Positions 51,055-60,105 of a stretch of DNA of 61,579 nucleotides are shown here, piece by piece. The translations under genes were made by a program, and so were the position numbers. Every line of letters begins with the position of its first letter. The stretch's first letter is position 1. The notes beneath the pieces are model-generated. The model did not search any database, was not told the origin of the DNA, and saw nothing but the letters and a program-made list of their open reading frames with translations. The DNA comes from a virus (taxonomy: Duplodnaviria; Heunggongvirae; Uroviricota; Caudoviricetes), in the IMG/VR virus record IMGVR_UViG_3300013426_000013, positions 1-61,579 of that record; one strand, written 5' to 3'.

Positions 51055-51396
51055 ATGTATTTGGTTAATTTTTGGTTGAAGATGTTTGATTTTAAAAGCA
51101 ACATCGGTGTTTTTGAATTCTGGATTCCTCTTATCTTTTATCATTTCGCTTTTTATGCAATTGGTTTCTTGCCTGAAACTTTAATGACGATTGCTATATA
51201 TATCTATTTTGGCGGTTATTTGATTGCCTTGATTTCTTCTGGTGTTCGTAGATTGCACGACCTTAACTTCTCTGGTTTGTGGATGATTGCATTTTTCATT
51301 CCCGGATTGAATGCTATTTTAGCGATAATGTTGTTGTTACCGTCAGATTTCATGGGCGCTATTGTTGATGCTGGTTCGACTAAACCAAAAGAATAA
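51055..51396 (+). CDS. DUF805 (YhaH-like) inner membrane protein
   Basis: EFW and VRRLHDLNFSGLW signature; three TM segments. Confidence 0.82.
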   Translation: MYLVNFWLKMFDFKSNIGVFEFWIPLIFYHFAFYAIGFLPETLMTIAIYIYFGGYLIALISSGVRRLHDLNFSGLWMIAFFIPGLNAILAIMLLLPSDFMGAIVDAGSTKPKE

Positions 51397-51414
51397 CAAT
51401 AAAGGTAGATAAAA

Positions 51415-51603
51415 ATGAGCAGAAATGAATGGGGCGTTGTAGCTATTGTAATCTTTTGTGTTTTGCAACATTATAATAGTCAAATGGCTATGATTTTCTT
51501 TGTATCTTTCGTTGTAAGTTTCTTAACTAATATGAACAATCAAAAAGATACAAATGAAGAAAATAACAATGATGAAGAAAAGATGATTGACAAAAAAGAA
51601 TAA
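51415..51603 (+). CDS. Small membrane protein
   Basis: Two hydrophobic segments and an acidic tail. Confidence 0.65.
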   Translation: MSRNEWGVVAIVIFCVLQHYNSQMAMIFFVSFVVSFLTNMNNQKDTNEENNNDEEKMIDKKE

Positions 51604-51672
51604 TTATAGTAGTTTATTGTTTTAGTGGTTAATCAATCTGTTATAACTAAATGTCATGAGAGGGATTTTATA

Positions 51673-52044
51673 ATGATAATGAGACATTTGAGTTTCTTTT
51701 CTAATCTGTGTATTCTTTTCGTTGTCATTTTGACAGTTCACACTTTAGGGGTTAAAGCAAACTGGACAATTGCATTGTTCTATTTTTCTTCTGTTCTGTT
51801 TTTGCTGATGTTCATTGAAGGTGAAATGTCTGAAAAGAAAGAAGAAGAATATAAACGTTTACTGAAGGAAAATAATATTGCTTTTTATGATGAAGATGAA
51901 GAAGCAATGAAATCCTTAAAAGAAACCGCTGAACAGTTGAAGAAAACACTGAAAAAGAAAAAAGAGATGAAAGCTGAAGCTACTGTTGAAGATAATACTA
52001 AAAGCATGTCTGAAGTAGAAAAAGACATTTCGTCTGAACAGTAA
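51673..52044 (+). CDS. Membrane protein with charged C-terminal coil
   Basis: Two TM segments; GAGGG RBS. Confidence 0.68.
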   Translation: MIMRHLSFFSNLCILFVVILTVHTLGVKANWTIALFYFSSVLFLLMFIEGEMSEKKEEEYKRLLKENNIAFYDEDEEAMKSLKETAEQLKKTLKKKKEMKAEATVEDNTKSMSEVEKDISSEQ

Positions 52045-52068
52045 TCTCTCGTAAACAGTTTCATATAC

Positions 52069-52102
52069 AAAAGCAAGAGTTTGAAATATAACCCTTGCTT
52101 TT
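52069..52102 (+). promoter_or_regulatory. Hairpin with TGAAANAT loop (copy 4), terminator-like
   Basis: AAAAGCAAGAGTT-TGAAATAT-AACCCTTGCTTTT. Confidence 0.62.
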
Positions 52103-52150
52103 ATTTTTATTTAATGATATAGTATTTGTATTAGAAATAAATGAGTTGAA

Positions 52151-52474
52151 ATGTTTAAAGACTTTAAAGACTTAATGCATCTACCTGGTTATATTGTAGA
52201 TGTACTTAATAGAAAATGTGGTAACCTCATCCATAAAGAATATATTGTATCCTTTCAATCTTTGTGTGAAATTCAAGATGATTATATCCTAGCGACATTT
52301 ACTTTTCCTGATCAAAATAAATTTCTTTATTATGTTTATATTGATAAAGATATACTTGATATGTCAATTGATGTCTTGAATAGTGAGCACATTCAGTTCA
52401 AATATGAACAAAAAGGAAAAGACAGATACTTGCATTTTATTGATATTGGTAACAATACATTGAGAAGGATTTAA
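52151..52474 (+). CDS. Small protein with C-terminal motif
   Basis: Ends DIGNNTLRRI*. Confidence 0.78.
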   Translation: MFKDFKDLMHLPGYIVDVLNRKCGNLIHKEYIVSFQSLCEIQDDYILATFTFPDQNKFLYYVYIDKDILDMSIDVLNSEHIQFKYEQKGKDRYLHFIDIGNNTLRRI

Positions 52475-52478
52475 TTTT

Positions 52479-52772
52479 ATGATATATAATAAAAGGTTGA
52501 TTGATGTTTTAAACAAATATATCATATCTCAAATAAGTGATAAACCGGCGCATTTCATTGATGGGTTCCATGAAAAAGATGATGGCTCAATTCAACTATT
52601 GTATCAATATAACGATGGTTCAGATTATTTTTATGTTGTAAATGTTAATCCGGAGATTTTTAATATACCCCCGTCAGCATTAGATAATGATTGTCATCAG
52701 TTGACATATGATGAAAAAACATATACTATAACTATAAAAGAAGTTGGTGATGCTGTTTTGAATAATGTGTAG
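52479..52772 (+). CDS. Small protein with C-terminal motif
   Basis: Ends EVGDAVLNNV*. Confidence 0.78.
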   Translation: MIYNKRLIDVLNKYIISQISDKPAHFIDGFHEKDDGSIQLLYQYNDGSDYFYVVNVNPEIFNIPPSALDNDCHQLTYDEKTYTITIKEVGDAVLNNV

Positions 52773-52804
52773 CCAAAATTAATGTATGAAAGGTAGCTGT
52801 AACG

Positions 52805-53095
52805 ATGTCTATTTCGAGTTGGTTAGAAGCTATGACAGTGAAAGCGGCCTATTTAATCGAGCGTGAAAATGTCCGCTTTGTTGGATGGACTAATTCAAGT
52901 ACAAACAAATATTGTCGGCTATATTATCAATATGGACAATTTGAAACCTTTGATTATATTTTGGCGGATCCTTTAATAGCAAACCTTTCTGTTGAACAAA
53001 TACTCAATGATGGCATTGTCTTTAAATTAATAAACTGTAAAGGTAACTTTCTTACTATTGAAGATATTGGTAAAAAAGTTTTGGGAAATATCTAG
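52805..53095 (+). CDS. Small protein with C-terminal motif
   Basis: Ends DIGKKVLGNI*. Confidence 0.78.
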   Translation: MSISSWLEAMTVKAAYLIERENVRFVGWTNSSTNKYCRLYYQYGQFETFDYILADPLIANLSVEQILNDGIVFKLINCKGNFLTIEDIGKKVLGNI

Positions 53096-53103
53096 AAAGG
53101 AAG

Positions 53104-53406
53104 TTGATGACTATGCGTATCGGTAATTTAGAAAGATTGTATATCTTAAATAAAAAAGCTTCCAATCTGATTCTTGATGATTGCAATGTTCATTTCAAAA
53201 CTATCATGAACTATGATATTGACTTTTGGGGTATTGCTTTTTCCTATACAAAATATAACCATGAATATTCTGATACTATTTATCTTGATAAAGATATCAT
53301 GAATGTTCCTGTTGATGTTTTGGCAAGTGATTCAACTACCTTTAAATTCGAAAATAATTATTTAAAGCTGTCTGATATAGGTAAAGAAACCCTCAACAAC
53401 ATTTGA
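53104..53406 (+). CDS. Small protein with C-terminal motif
   Basis: Ends DIGKETLNNI*. Confidence 0.78.
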   Translation: MMTMRIGNLERLYILNKKASNLILDDCNVHFKTIMNYDIDFWGIAFSYTKYNHEYSDTIYLDKDIMNVPVDVLASDSTTFKFENNYLKLSDIGKETLNNI

Positions 53407-53513
53407 CATATATTTTACAACAACTCAACTAAAAGTTGCTGTTCTATAGCATATACATTTTCGCCATTTTGGCATTTTTGATTTCAACAATAGGTTGTAT
53501 ATAAACACACTGA

Positions 53514-53549
53514 ATCAAGTGACATTTATGTTTTAGTGTCACTTGATTT
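53514..53549. terminator. Bidirectional terminator-like hairpin
   Basis: AATCAAGTGACA/TGTCACTTGATT between convergent genes. Confidence 0.65.
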
Positions 53550-53562
53550 GTTTTATCAAATT

Positions 53563-54273
53563 TTATTCACCGATTTTTCTTACAGGAACATCTAGACCTT
53601 GTTTCAAGGAAACAAGAAGGTAGTTTAAATTACCTTTAGTTAAATTGATGTCAGGCCAAATATCATATTCCTTTAACGGATAGTAGTTATGCAATGAAAC
53701 CCATTTGTCAATTTTCTTGATGAATGTTGAGATTTGGAAAATGTCACGACACTCTTCTGTTAAACGGTCACCAGCATATTCAATCTTTTTCCATTCACTG
53801 ATTACCTGTTCTTTTGTCTTCGTTAAAACATGTTTAGGAATCGTTACAATGACTTTATCATCACCGTCAGGAATATGTTCAGGTTTTTCATCAGCAATAA
53901 TTGTAGCGTCTTTATTTTCATTTGTAGACGGTGTTGATTGAACTTTTTGCAATGTACTGTTTGTAGGAACTGTATCCGCAACTTTTGTCGTATGTGTCAC
54001 AATATCATTCGTAATTGTTTCTGTGACTTTGCCTAATTTTAACGCTCTATATTCATCCCATCTTTTCTTTACTGCTGCACGGGCTTTATTGCTTTTATCC
54101 ACTTGCTTCTGATTCTGTTTATCAAGCATATATTTGATGACTACCCACGCTTTACAATCTTCAACATTATATTCAGGATAAAAAAGAATTCCCTTCATAA
54201 CTTCTGTCTGTTTTTCAGGCGGTAGTGTTGAGATGATATCTTTAAATTCAGGCTCAATTACGACTTTAAACAT
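53563..54273 (-). CDS. DUF6291-like (replisome-organizer-type N-terminus) protein
   Basis: LPPEKQTEVMKGIL.Y...IK..LD...KARAAVKKRW followed by a T-rich linker. Confidence 0.55.
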   Translation of the reverse strand: MFKVVIEPEFKDIISTLPPEKQTEVMKGILFYPEYNVEDCKAWVVIKYMLDKQNQKQVDKSNKARAAVKKRWDEYRALKLGKVTETITNDIVTHTTKVADTVPTNSTLQKVQSTPSTNENKDATIIADEKPEHIPDGDDKVIVTIPKHVLTKTKEQVISEWKKIEYAGDRLTEECRDIFQISTFIKKIDKWVSLHNYYPLKEYDIWPDINLTKGNLNYLLVSLKQGLDVPVRKIGE

Positions 54274-54653
54274 AAACGAATAGTCTCCTATATAGTTTAA
54301 ATCTATTTAGATGCCTTCATATTATCCCTGTATTTCATTGTTGTCAATATCCATTTTTGTATTTGTATCACTTTTTTATTGTCTAACAAATCATTGTTTG
54401 TTTACATCAGATACGTTTCATACATATGTATAAGTCGTATGGTTTCTAAATCTTCTATATAAGATTTATGTAGTTAAAGATAGTTTGTATAACTATTGTA
54501 AACATTCTACATATTCTACATTCTATACATTTTTTACGTTTGTATGTTTTGTATATAATGTACCTATTTTAAAGCTTTATACAACGAAAAATCTTGACAA
54601 TACGTTGTTTATGTAATAAAGTAATATTTGTAAACTAATGGAAAGGAATAAGA

Positions 54654-54986
54654 ATGCCTATTTGTTATGTATGTGAATCAAGTCTAGCATTGCCGACAGG
54701 TGTGGCTACTGAAGAATGCAATTTATCTATCCGTGAAGTTATCAATGAAGCTAAAGAAGTTGTAGTGACAGGAAAATATGTTTATACGATGTCACCATTC
54801 TTTCTTCAATCGTTGATTTTGTTTGCAGATAAAGAGGGTGTTTTGAATAATTGGAAATTTATATTATTGCATAACAATGGTACTAAAGAAGATAAAACTG
54901 AACATCGTGAAGAGTTGTTTGAAATGATGTCATCACCTTTAGATGAACTGTTTATGGTAACATATAAAGATGACCAAAACATATAA
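54654..54986 (+). CDS. Hypothetical protein, paralogue of the C-terminal domain of 46367-46870
   Basis: CESSLALP...ECNLS...VYTMSP...VLNNW. Confidence 0.75.
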   Translation: MPICYVCESSLALPTGVATEECNLSIREVINEAKEVVVTGKYVYTMSPFFLQSLILFADKEGVLNNWKFILLHNNGTKEDKTEHREELFEMMSSPLDELFMVTYKDDQNI

Positions 54987-55287
54987 AACAATCATTAACA
55001 CTATTGTCAAGAAGATGAAAGGTTACGAATGGAAAGTTCGTGATACTGATGATTATAGTTTAAAGTTGTCTGGTAGTGTACAATCATTCGATATCATCGG
55101 TCCTATTATAAAGGTGTGGTGTTGTATTGTATATACATACAATAATCAACATGAACGAATCTATCAGCCTTTATCTTTTGAAAGGCAATGGTTGACTATT
55201 AAAGATATTGAGAATTATTCTTTTAAGATTGAAGGCTATAACTTTGTTTTAGAAGATATTGGTAACAGTATATTGACCAATCTATAA
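54970..55287 (+). CDS. Small protein with C-terminal motif
   Basis: Ends DIGNSILTNL*. Confidence 0.78.
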   Translation: MTKTYKTIINTIVKKMKGYEWKVRDTDDYSLKLSGSVQSFDIIGPIIKVWCCIVYTYNNQHERIYQPLSFERQWLTIKDIENYSFKIEGYNFVLEDIGNSILTNL

Positions 55288-55302
55288 AGAGAAAATCGAA
55301 CT

Positions 55303-55707
55303 ATGATGTATACCCATCAAACCAAAAAATTGAGTAATTTAAAAGGTTCACCGAATAGTCGTGCAGTATCTTGTGTTGGGTTTATCTTAAATAGATATGA
55401 CAGACGACGCTTGAATAAACTGATAAATATCTTTGGCAATAAACTAATTAGTGTCAAAAATGCTCTTTGCAGTCGAAACTTTTACATTGAAAAATGTATT
55501 CGCATATCATACTTTGAATATGATTCTGAATATGTAGCAACCTTTAAGTGTACAGATAAAATAGTTTTGCAAGTCATTATCAAGGAAAATTTATTTAATG
55601 ACTTGTTGAAATATAGAAATGATTGTATTGATTTTGACATGTGTGATTATGACTTGTTTTATGTTAAGACTTTAGACATTGGCAATATGACATTGAAAGA
55701 TATTTAA
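55303..55707 (+). CDS. Small protein, NRYDRRR subfamily, with C-terminal motif
   Basis: FILNRYDRRRL; ends DIGNMTLKDI*. Confidence 0.78.
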   Translation: MMYTHQTKKLSNLKGSPNSRAVSCVGFILNRYDRRRLNKLINIFGNKLISVKNALCSRNFYIEKCIRISYFEYDSEYVATFKCTDKIVLQVIIKENLFNDLLKYRNDCIDFDMCDYDLFYVKTLDIGNMTLKDI

Positions 55708-55733
55708 TCAACAGCTATATAGGAAAGTTTATC

Positions 55734-56024
55734 ATGTCTACTTTAATTGTAGCCAATAAAATCATTAAGAATGTTGCTATAGTGAATAAACAAAAGAATA
55801 AGTTGTCTATCCGTATGCCAACAAAAGATTCAAATTATTTTAAACATGATTTGCAATGTGTTAATATGAATGATAAAGCATTGTATGATGCATACAAAAG
55901 AAGTTGTGCATGTACATTGTATATTGATGATGAGGCTTTTCCTAATTGCATTGCTACGAACATTAGAAAGTCTAGATTAATTGGGCAACGTATTGTTACA
56001 TTTGTGGTAGAGAATGATCTGTGA
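55734..56024 (+). CDS. Hypothetical protein
   Basis: 96 aa, AGGA RBS. Confidence 0.65.
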   Translation: MSTLIVANKIIKNVAIVNKQKNKLSIRMPTKDSNYFKHDLQCVNMNDKALYDAYKRSCACTLYIDDEAFPNCIATNIRKSRLIGQRIVTFVVENDL

Positions 56025-56061
56025 CAATGGTTATTTTATCGATGCATTTTAAAATTATGCA

Positions 56062-56439
56062 TTAAATGTTTTCTAAACAAGTTATCCCCGCATCTTTTGT
56101 TATAACTTTAATGACATTGTAATCATCATCAGAAACTATTTGTATATCTGTTTTTTTAATGCTATCAAGTTTTTCTAATATATAATCACTGATAAACAAG
56201 TATTGTATCGAGTTGTTCACTTTATCATTTTGCAATGAATAGCATGAGCATTGAATAGGTGTAAAACCAATTATTTTTTCTTTTATATAACGATCGTCTT
56301 TTTTGCGCAACAACACTGATTCAATAAAGAAATGAATATGATGTTTGAAATGCTGAATTGTGGCATCAATATCAAATTGCATACCTTTTAATAAATCTGT
56401 GATAAGAATATCTGTATGATTTGGACGAAGAATTGTCAT
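56062..56439 (-). CDS. Small protein with C-terminal motif
   Basis: Ends DAGITCLENI*. Confidence 0.75.
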   Translation of the reverse strand: MTILRPNHTDILITDLLKGMQFDIDATIQHFKHHIHFFIESVLLRKKDDRYIKEKIIGFTPIQCSCYSLQNDKVNNSIQYLFISDYILEKLDSIKKTDIQIVSDDDYNVIKVITKDAGITCLENI

Positions 56440-56574
56440 GTGTGATTACTGTTAAACGTTGCTTTTGATGTAGCTACTATAATCCAAACATATTCAAATT
56501 GTCAATGTTTTTATATATTGACAAATGTCGTCTTTTATTATAGTATTGCTAATAAACTTAATAGGGTGAGTGAT

Positions 56575-56924
56575 ATGCTTGATGATACAGATGAATTGAA
56601 TGCTTTTGCTGATAAGCTAGCAAAACATTTATCAACTATTAAAGAAAACGGAGTATCTGAATTTGAAGTCCTTCAATATGAAAAGGATAAAAGTTTTTTA
56701 GTATTAACAAAAATACTGGACAATATTGTTTAGTCAGTACATCACGTGAAATTTATATCCCTGAAACAACTTTTTGTGAATTGAATATTGATGATTTTGA
56801 TATGTTGTATAAATATCAAGACAATCTGAATGAATTAGATATTTATATTTATATTTATATTTATATGAATGATGCTACTATCAAAATTCGTGATATTGGT
56901 GAAACAACATTGAATAAACTTTAA
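56575..56924 (+). pseudogene. Frameshifted paralogue of 60600-60935 with C-terminal motif
   Basis: LNAFADKLAKHLS matches LKAFADKLTRHLS; after the T6 run (56694-56699) another frame gives IDDFDMLYKY...DIYIYIYIY...RDIGETTLNKL*. Confidence 0.72.
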
Positions 56925-57322
56925 ATGTTTTCAAGACATACGGTACCAATGTCTTTTTCTTTTACTACATATACATTTATTTGTTTATTGAATTCAAGTT
57001 TAACTTGACCTCGCTTTAATTTAGAAACATGTGACAACAATTTATTGTCAATATGAATTACATCAGTTAAATATATTGGTTCATCCATATCAGTAAACGA
57101 TACGACATTTAAAAGAATCGGTGTCATATGCTCATCTAATATATAGCTATTACTGTTGTCAAACTGTATTGTGGCTTTTTTAATATAAAACCTTTGCTTA
57201 AGATATTGACCACCTTGTAGTTTTAATATCTCATCAGTGTATGAGATACCTTGCAACAAATTTGTAAGCGTTGTATTTATATCATTATTATTATTATTAT
57301 TATTATTATTAATCATAAACAA
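56921..57322 (-). CDS. Small protein with N-terminal poly-Asn and C-terminal motif
   Basis: Ends DIGTVCLENI*; (AAT)n tract near the start. Confidence 0.75.
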   Translation of the reverse strand: MFMINNNNNNNNNDINTTLTNLLQGISYTDEILKLQGGQYLKQRFYIKKATIQFDNSNSYILDEHMTPILLNVVSFTDMDEPIYLTDVIHIDNKLLSHVSKLKRGQVKLEFNKQINVYVVKEKDIGTVCLENI

Positions 57323-57370
57323 ACCTTAACCATTTATCTGCTATTAGAAGATAGCAACTGTATCGTTTTC

Positions 57371-57419
57371 TGTCAACACAAAGTTATTGATTGACAATTC
57401 TCTCATGATATAGTAATTT
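57371..57419. promoter_or_regulatory. Back-to-back divergent promoter module TGTCAA...TTGACA
   Basis: TGTCAACACAAA...TTGACAAT...ATGATATA; a near copy lies at 57822-57869. Confidence 0.6.
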
Positions 57420-57427
57420 AAAATTTA

Positions 57428-57802
57428 ATGAAGATTCTTAAGGAAATGATTATGCAACCTTTAGGTTTTATGGAATTATCTAAAAAGCAAATTAAGCTAT
57501 TGATTAGCAAATTGGATAAAGTCACTTTTCAGTGTGGTGATGATAGTTACAAATATGTTTGTCCACGTCCATGTTGCATTTTTGACACTGTAGAAGTAGT
57601 TAAAGATGATGACGATATTGTATGGTACTATATTGAAGTGAAAGCATTCTCTACCGTTAACAACTATATCTCTTTTAAAGGTTGTTGGATTAAACAAAAA
57701 GAATTCGAATATTTTCTAAAACATAAAATGAGTTTTCATATTGATAATTGCGATAAATTAGTTTTAGAAGATATTGGACAAACCACTTTAAACAATATTT
57801 GA
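57428..57802 (+). CDS. Small protein with C-terminal motif
   Basis: Ends DIGQTTLNNI*. Confidence 0.78.
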   Translation: MKILKEMIMQPLGFMELSKKQIKLLISKLDKVTFQCGDDSYKYVCPRPCCIFDTVEVVKDDDDIVWYYIEVKAFSTVNNYISFKGCWIKQKEFEYFLKHKMSFHIDNCDKLVLEDIGQTTLNNI

Positions 57803-57840
57803 TTATAACGAATTTATTGTCTGTCAACACAAACACTGTA

Positions 57841-57869
57841 TTGACAATAATCATTTTATGATATACTAT
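57841..57869 (+). promoter_or_regulatory. sigma70-like promoter
   Basis: TTGACA-N17-TACTAT. Confidence 0.6.
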
Positions 57870-57882
57870 ATACATATAAGTT

Positions 57883-58254
57883 ATGAAAGAAAGGTTGGGT
57901 GAGATGACAAATCAGTTGGCATTCACAGGTGCTTTTAAGTTATCAAAAGATAATAAAAGGTGTTTAATGAAAAAGTTGAACGGTATTATTGTTGACGATA
58001 ACATTGTCAGATGTGAGCGCTTGCGTGATATGGAAACTCAAGTCTATACATATGAAGATAATAATAGCAACGAGTTTTATGATGTAGGTATTGCTGTAAA
58101 TGGTTTAGATAATGTCTCTTTAGGTTTTAACTATTTACGAATGCCAGCAGAAGTTTTTAAAGCTGTTTTAAACAGAAATGTAAAGTTTCGTGTTAATAAA
58201 GATTGGACCGTTGATATTGAAGATATTGGTCTTGCTGTTTTGAACGAGATTTAA
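57883..58254 (+). CDS. Small protein with C-terminal motif
   Basis: Ends DIGLAVLNEI*. Confidence 0.78.
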   Translation: MKERLGEMTNQLAFTGAFKLSKDNKRCLMKKLNGIIVDDNIVRCERLRDMETQVYTYEDNNSNEFYDVGIAVNGLDNVSLGFNYLRMPAEVFKAVLNRNVKFRVNKDWTVDIEDIGLAVLNEI

Positions 58255-58256
58255 CC

Positions 58257-58625
58257 ATGCAATATGATAGTAAGTTGACCAAAAAAGAACGTGTTTGCAT
58301 TGCAAAAAACATTCGCGGTTTAAAGTTCAGTGAAAGCTATTTTGATTACCAAGAAGGATGTGAACGTGATGTTGTATACAGTCTTGATAACATTACTGAA
58401 AAAAGTATTGGTACATCATATCAACCACCGTTTACAGATGATGATTGTGTAATGTTTGATGTGACTTGTGAAGTTGTTGGTGATGACAAACAGTTTCGTC
58501 GAATCTCTGTATTTGCTGAACCTGATTTGTTTGATAGAATGAAAAAGAAAGAAGTGTATGTAACAATCAATGGATATGTGTTTTATGAATGTGACATTGG
58601 TAATAAAGTATTGAACGATGTCTAA
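58257..58625 (+). CDS. Small protein with C-terminal motif
   Basis: Ends DIGNKVLNDV*. Confidence 0.78.
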   Translation: MQYDSKLTKKERVCIAKNIRGLKFSESYFDYQEGCERDVVYSLDNITEKSIGTSYQPPFTDDDCVMFDVTCEVVGDDKQFRRISVFAEPDLFDRMKKKEVYVTINGYVFYECDIGNKVLNDV

Positions 58626-58628
58626 AAT

Positions 58629-59012
58629 ATGTCTAAAATATGTTTCAAAAAGCTGTATGATCAGGAACCTGATTCAACCGGTATTGTACATACTAAAAGC
58701 TTTATAGGTAATCGTTTTGATAGACGAAGAATGAAGAAGCTTAAGAAGTATCTTTTATCATCTACGTTCAACACAAAATTTCTTTCTAATTTTAAACCAG
58801 ACAATGTTTTTGGTATAATGTATGATAAAATTGACAACATATTTCTATTGGGCTTTGAGAAAGATGATGTATATTTCTTTTTAATGATTAAAAAAGATTT
58901 GTATGATGCCTTTCTTAATTGTAATGAAAAAGATTTATATATTGATTTTAATGGGGAAATTTTTATTTTAAATGTACATTCTATTGGGAGTGTGTGTATG
59001 AATGACATCTAA
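58629..59012 (+). CDS. Small protein, NRxDRRR subfamily, with C-terminal motif
   Basis: FIGNRFDRRRM; ends SIGSVCMNDI*. Confidence 0.78.
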   Translation: MSKICFKKLYDQEPDSTGIVHTKSFIGNRFDRRRMKKLKKYLLSSTFNTKFLSNFKPDNVFGIMYDKIDNIFLLGFEKDDVYFFLMIKKDLYDAFLNCNEKDLYIDFNGEIFILNVHSIGSVCMNDI

Positions 59013-59346
59013 AGTAAAACATATATCATTTGAGCAAAAAGTAAAATGGTTACGTAATTTCTTTTGTGAAAAAACATTTATCATATTTAATACTATTAAC
59101 AACACATATGAAACGGTTGTATGCACAAAGCTTGATAGCATTGTTAATACTGAAAAAGATTATGTGGCAATATATGATAGCAATAATAATCCATATTCTT
59201 TTTGGCACATTCATGTTGATGTTGATACTTTTAATATGATAATGTCAATTGACAATAATAGGTTTAAGGTTAAGTTTGCAGGTCGTCATAGTAATCTTCG
59301 ATTATATATTACAGATATTGGTGAGAGTTGCATGAATGAATTGTGA
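59002..59346 (+). CDS. Small protein with C-terminal motif
   Basis: Ends DIGESCMNEL*. Confidence 0.78.
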   Translation: MTSKVKHISFEQKVKWLRNFFCEKTFIIFNTINNTYETVVCTKLDSIVNTEKDYVAIYDSNNNPYSFWHIHVDVDTFNMIMSIDNNRFKVKFAGRHSNLRLYITDIGESCMNEL

Positions 59347-59710
59347 TAAAGTACGAATGTGCAATAACATTGATAAATTAAATAGTTGGCTACAGGGTCA
59401 AGGATTAATCATATATAATGAATTCACCAATACTTATGAACATATCAGACATTTAAAAGTGGTTGACAATGACATTGAAAACAAATTGAATAAAGACCAT
59501 AAATTTGTTGAATTATCATGTACAGGAAAAATAAATGTCTATACTGTATTTGAAGATGTTTTTTTAAGCTTGATAGTAAAGAAACAGTTGCTTGAACAGC
59601 TTGATAAATTTGATAGCAGTCTTTTTAAAATAAAAGATATAACACACTACAAACATGCGATTTATTTTGATGTTGAAGATTGTGGTAATGTATGTTTAAA
59701 TAGTATTTAA
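59336..59710 (+). CDS. Small protein with C-terminal motif
   Basis: Ends DCGNVCLNSI*; shares IIxNxxxNTYE with the upstream ORF. Confidence 0.78.
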   Translation: MNCDKVRMCNNIDKLNSWLQGQGLIIYNEFTNTYEHIRHLKVVDNDIENKLNKDHKFVELSCTGKINVYTVFEDVFLSLIVKKQLLEQLDKFDSSLFKIKDITHYKHAIYFDVEDCGNVCLNSI

Positions 59711-59730
59711 TATGAAAGAAGGTAATCAAT

Positions 59731-60063
59731 ATGATATTGTCGAAGAAAGATAGAATCATTTTAGCAAAAGCGTTTAACGAAAAGACGTTTACTGATGGTG
59801 ATTATTCATATACTGTTGAAACAATATCATATAAAGATGTTGGTGAAGTTTGTGACGACGCTATTATTAATGGTATTGATTATTGTGTCATTGAGGTATT
59901 ATGTAAAGTTAGATGTAAGTGCAAAACTATCAAGTCACATTTTGGTTTGTTAATAAAGAAAGATTATTTGAGTTATATTTTAAGCAATCATGTAAAAGTG
60001 TATATTGATAGCTTTGTAGTTTATATTGCTGATTCAGGTAATGTCGTTTTGGATTCATTGTAA
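59731..60063 (+). CDS. Small protein with C-terminal motif
   Basis: Ends DSGNVVLDSL*. Confidence 0.78.
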   Translation: MILSKKDRIILAKAFNEKTFTDGDYSYTVETISYKDVGEVCDDAIINGIDYCVIEVLCKVRCKCKTIKSHFGLLIKKDYLSYILSNHVKVYIDSFVVYIADSGNVVLDSL

Positions 60064-60105
60064 ATTAAAAGTTTTATTTTACATTTAATATGAGCAGGAT
60101 AAACA

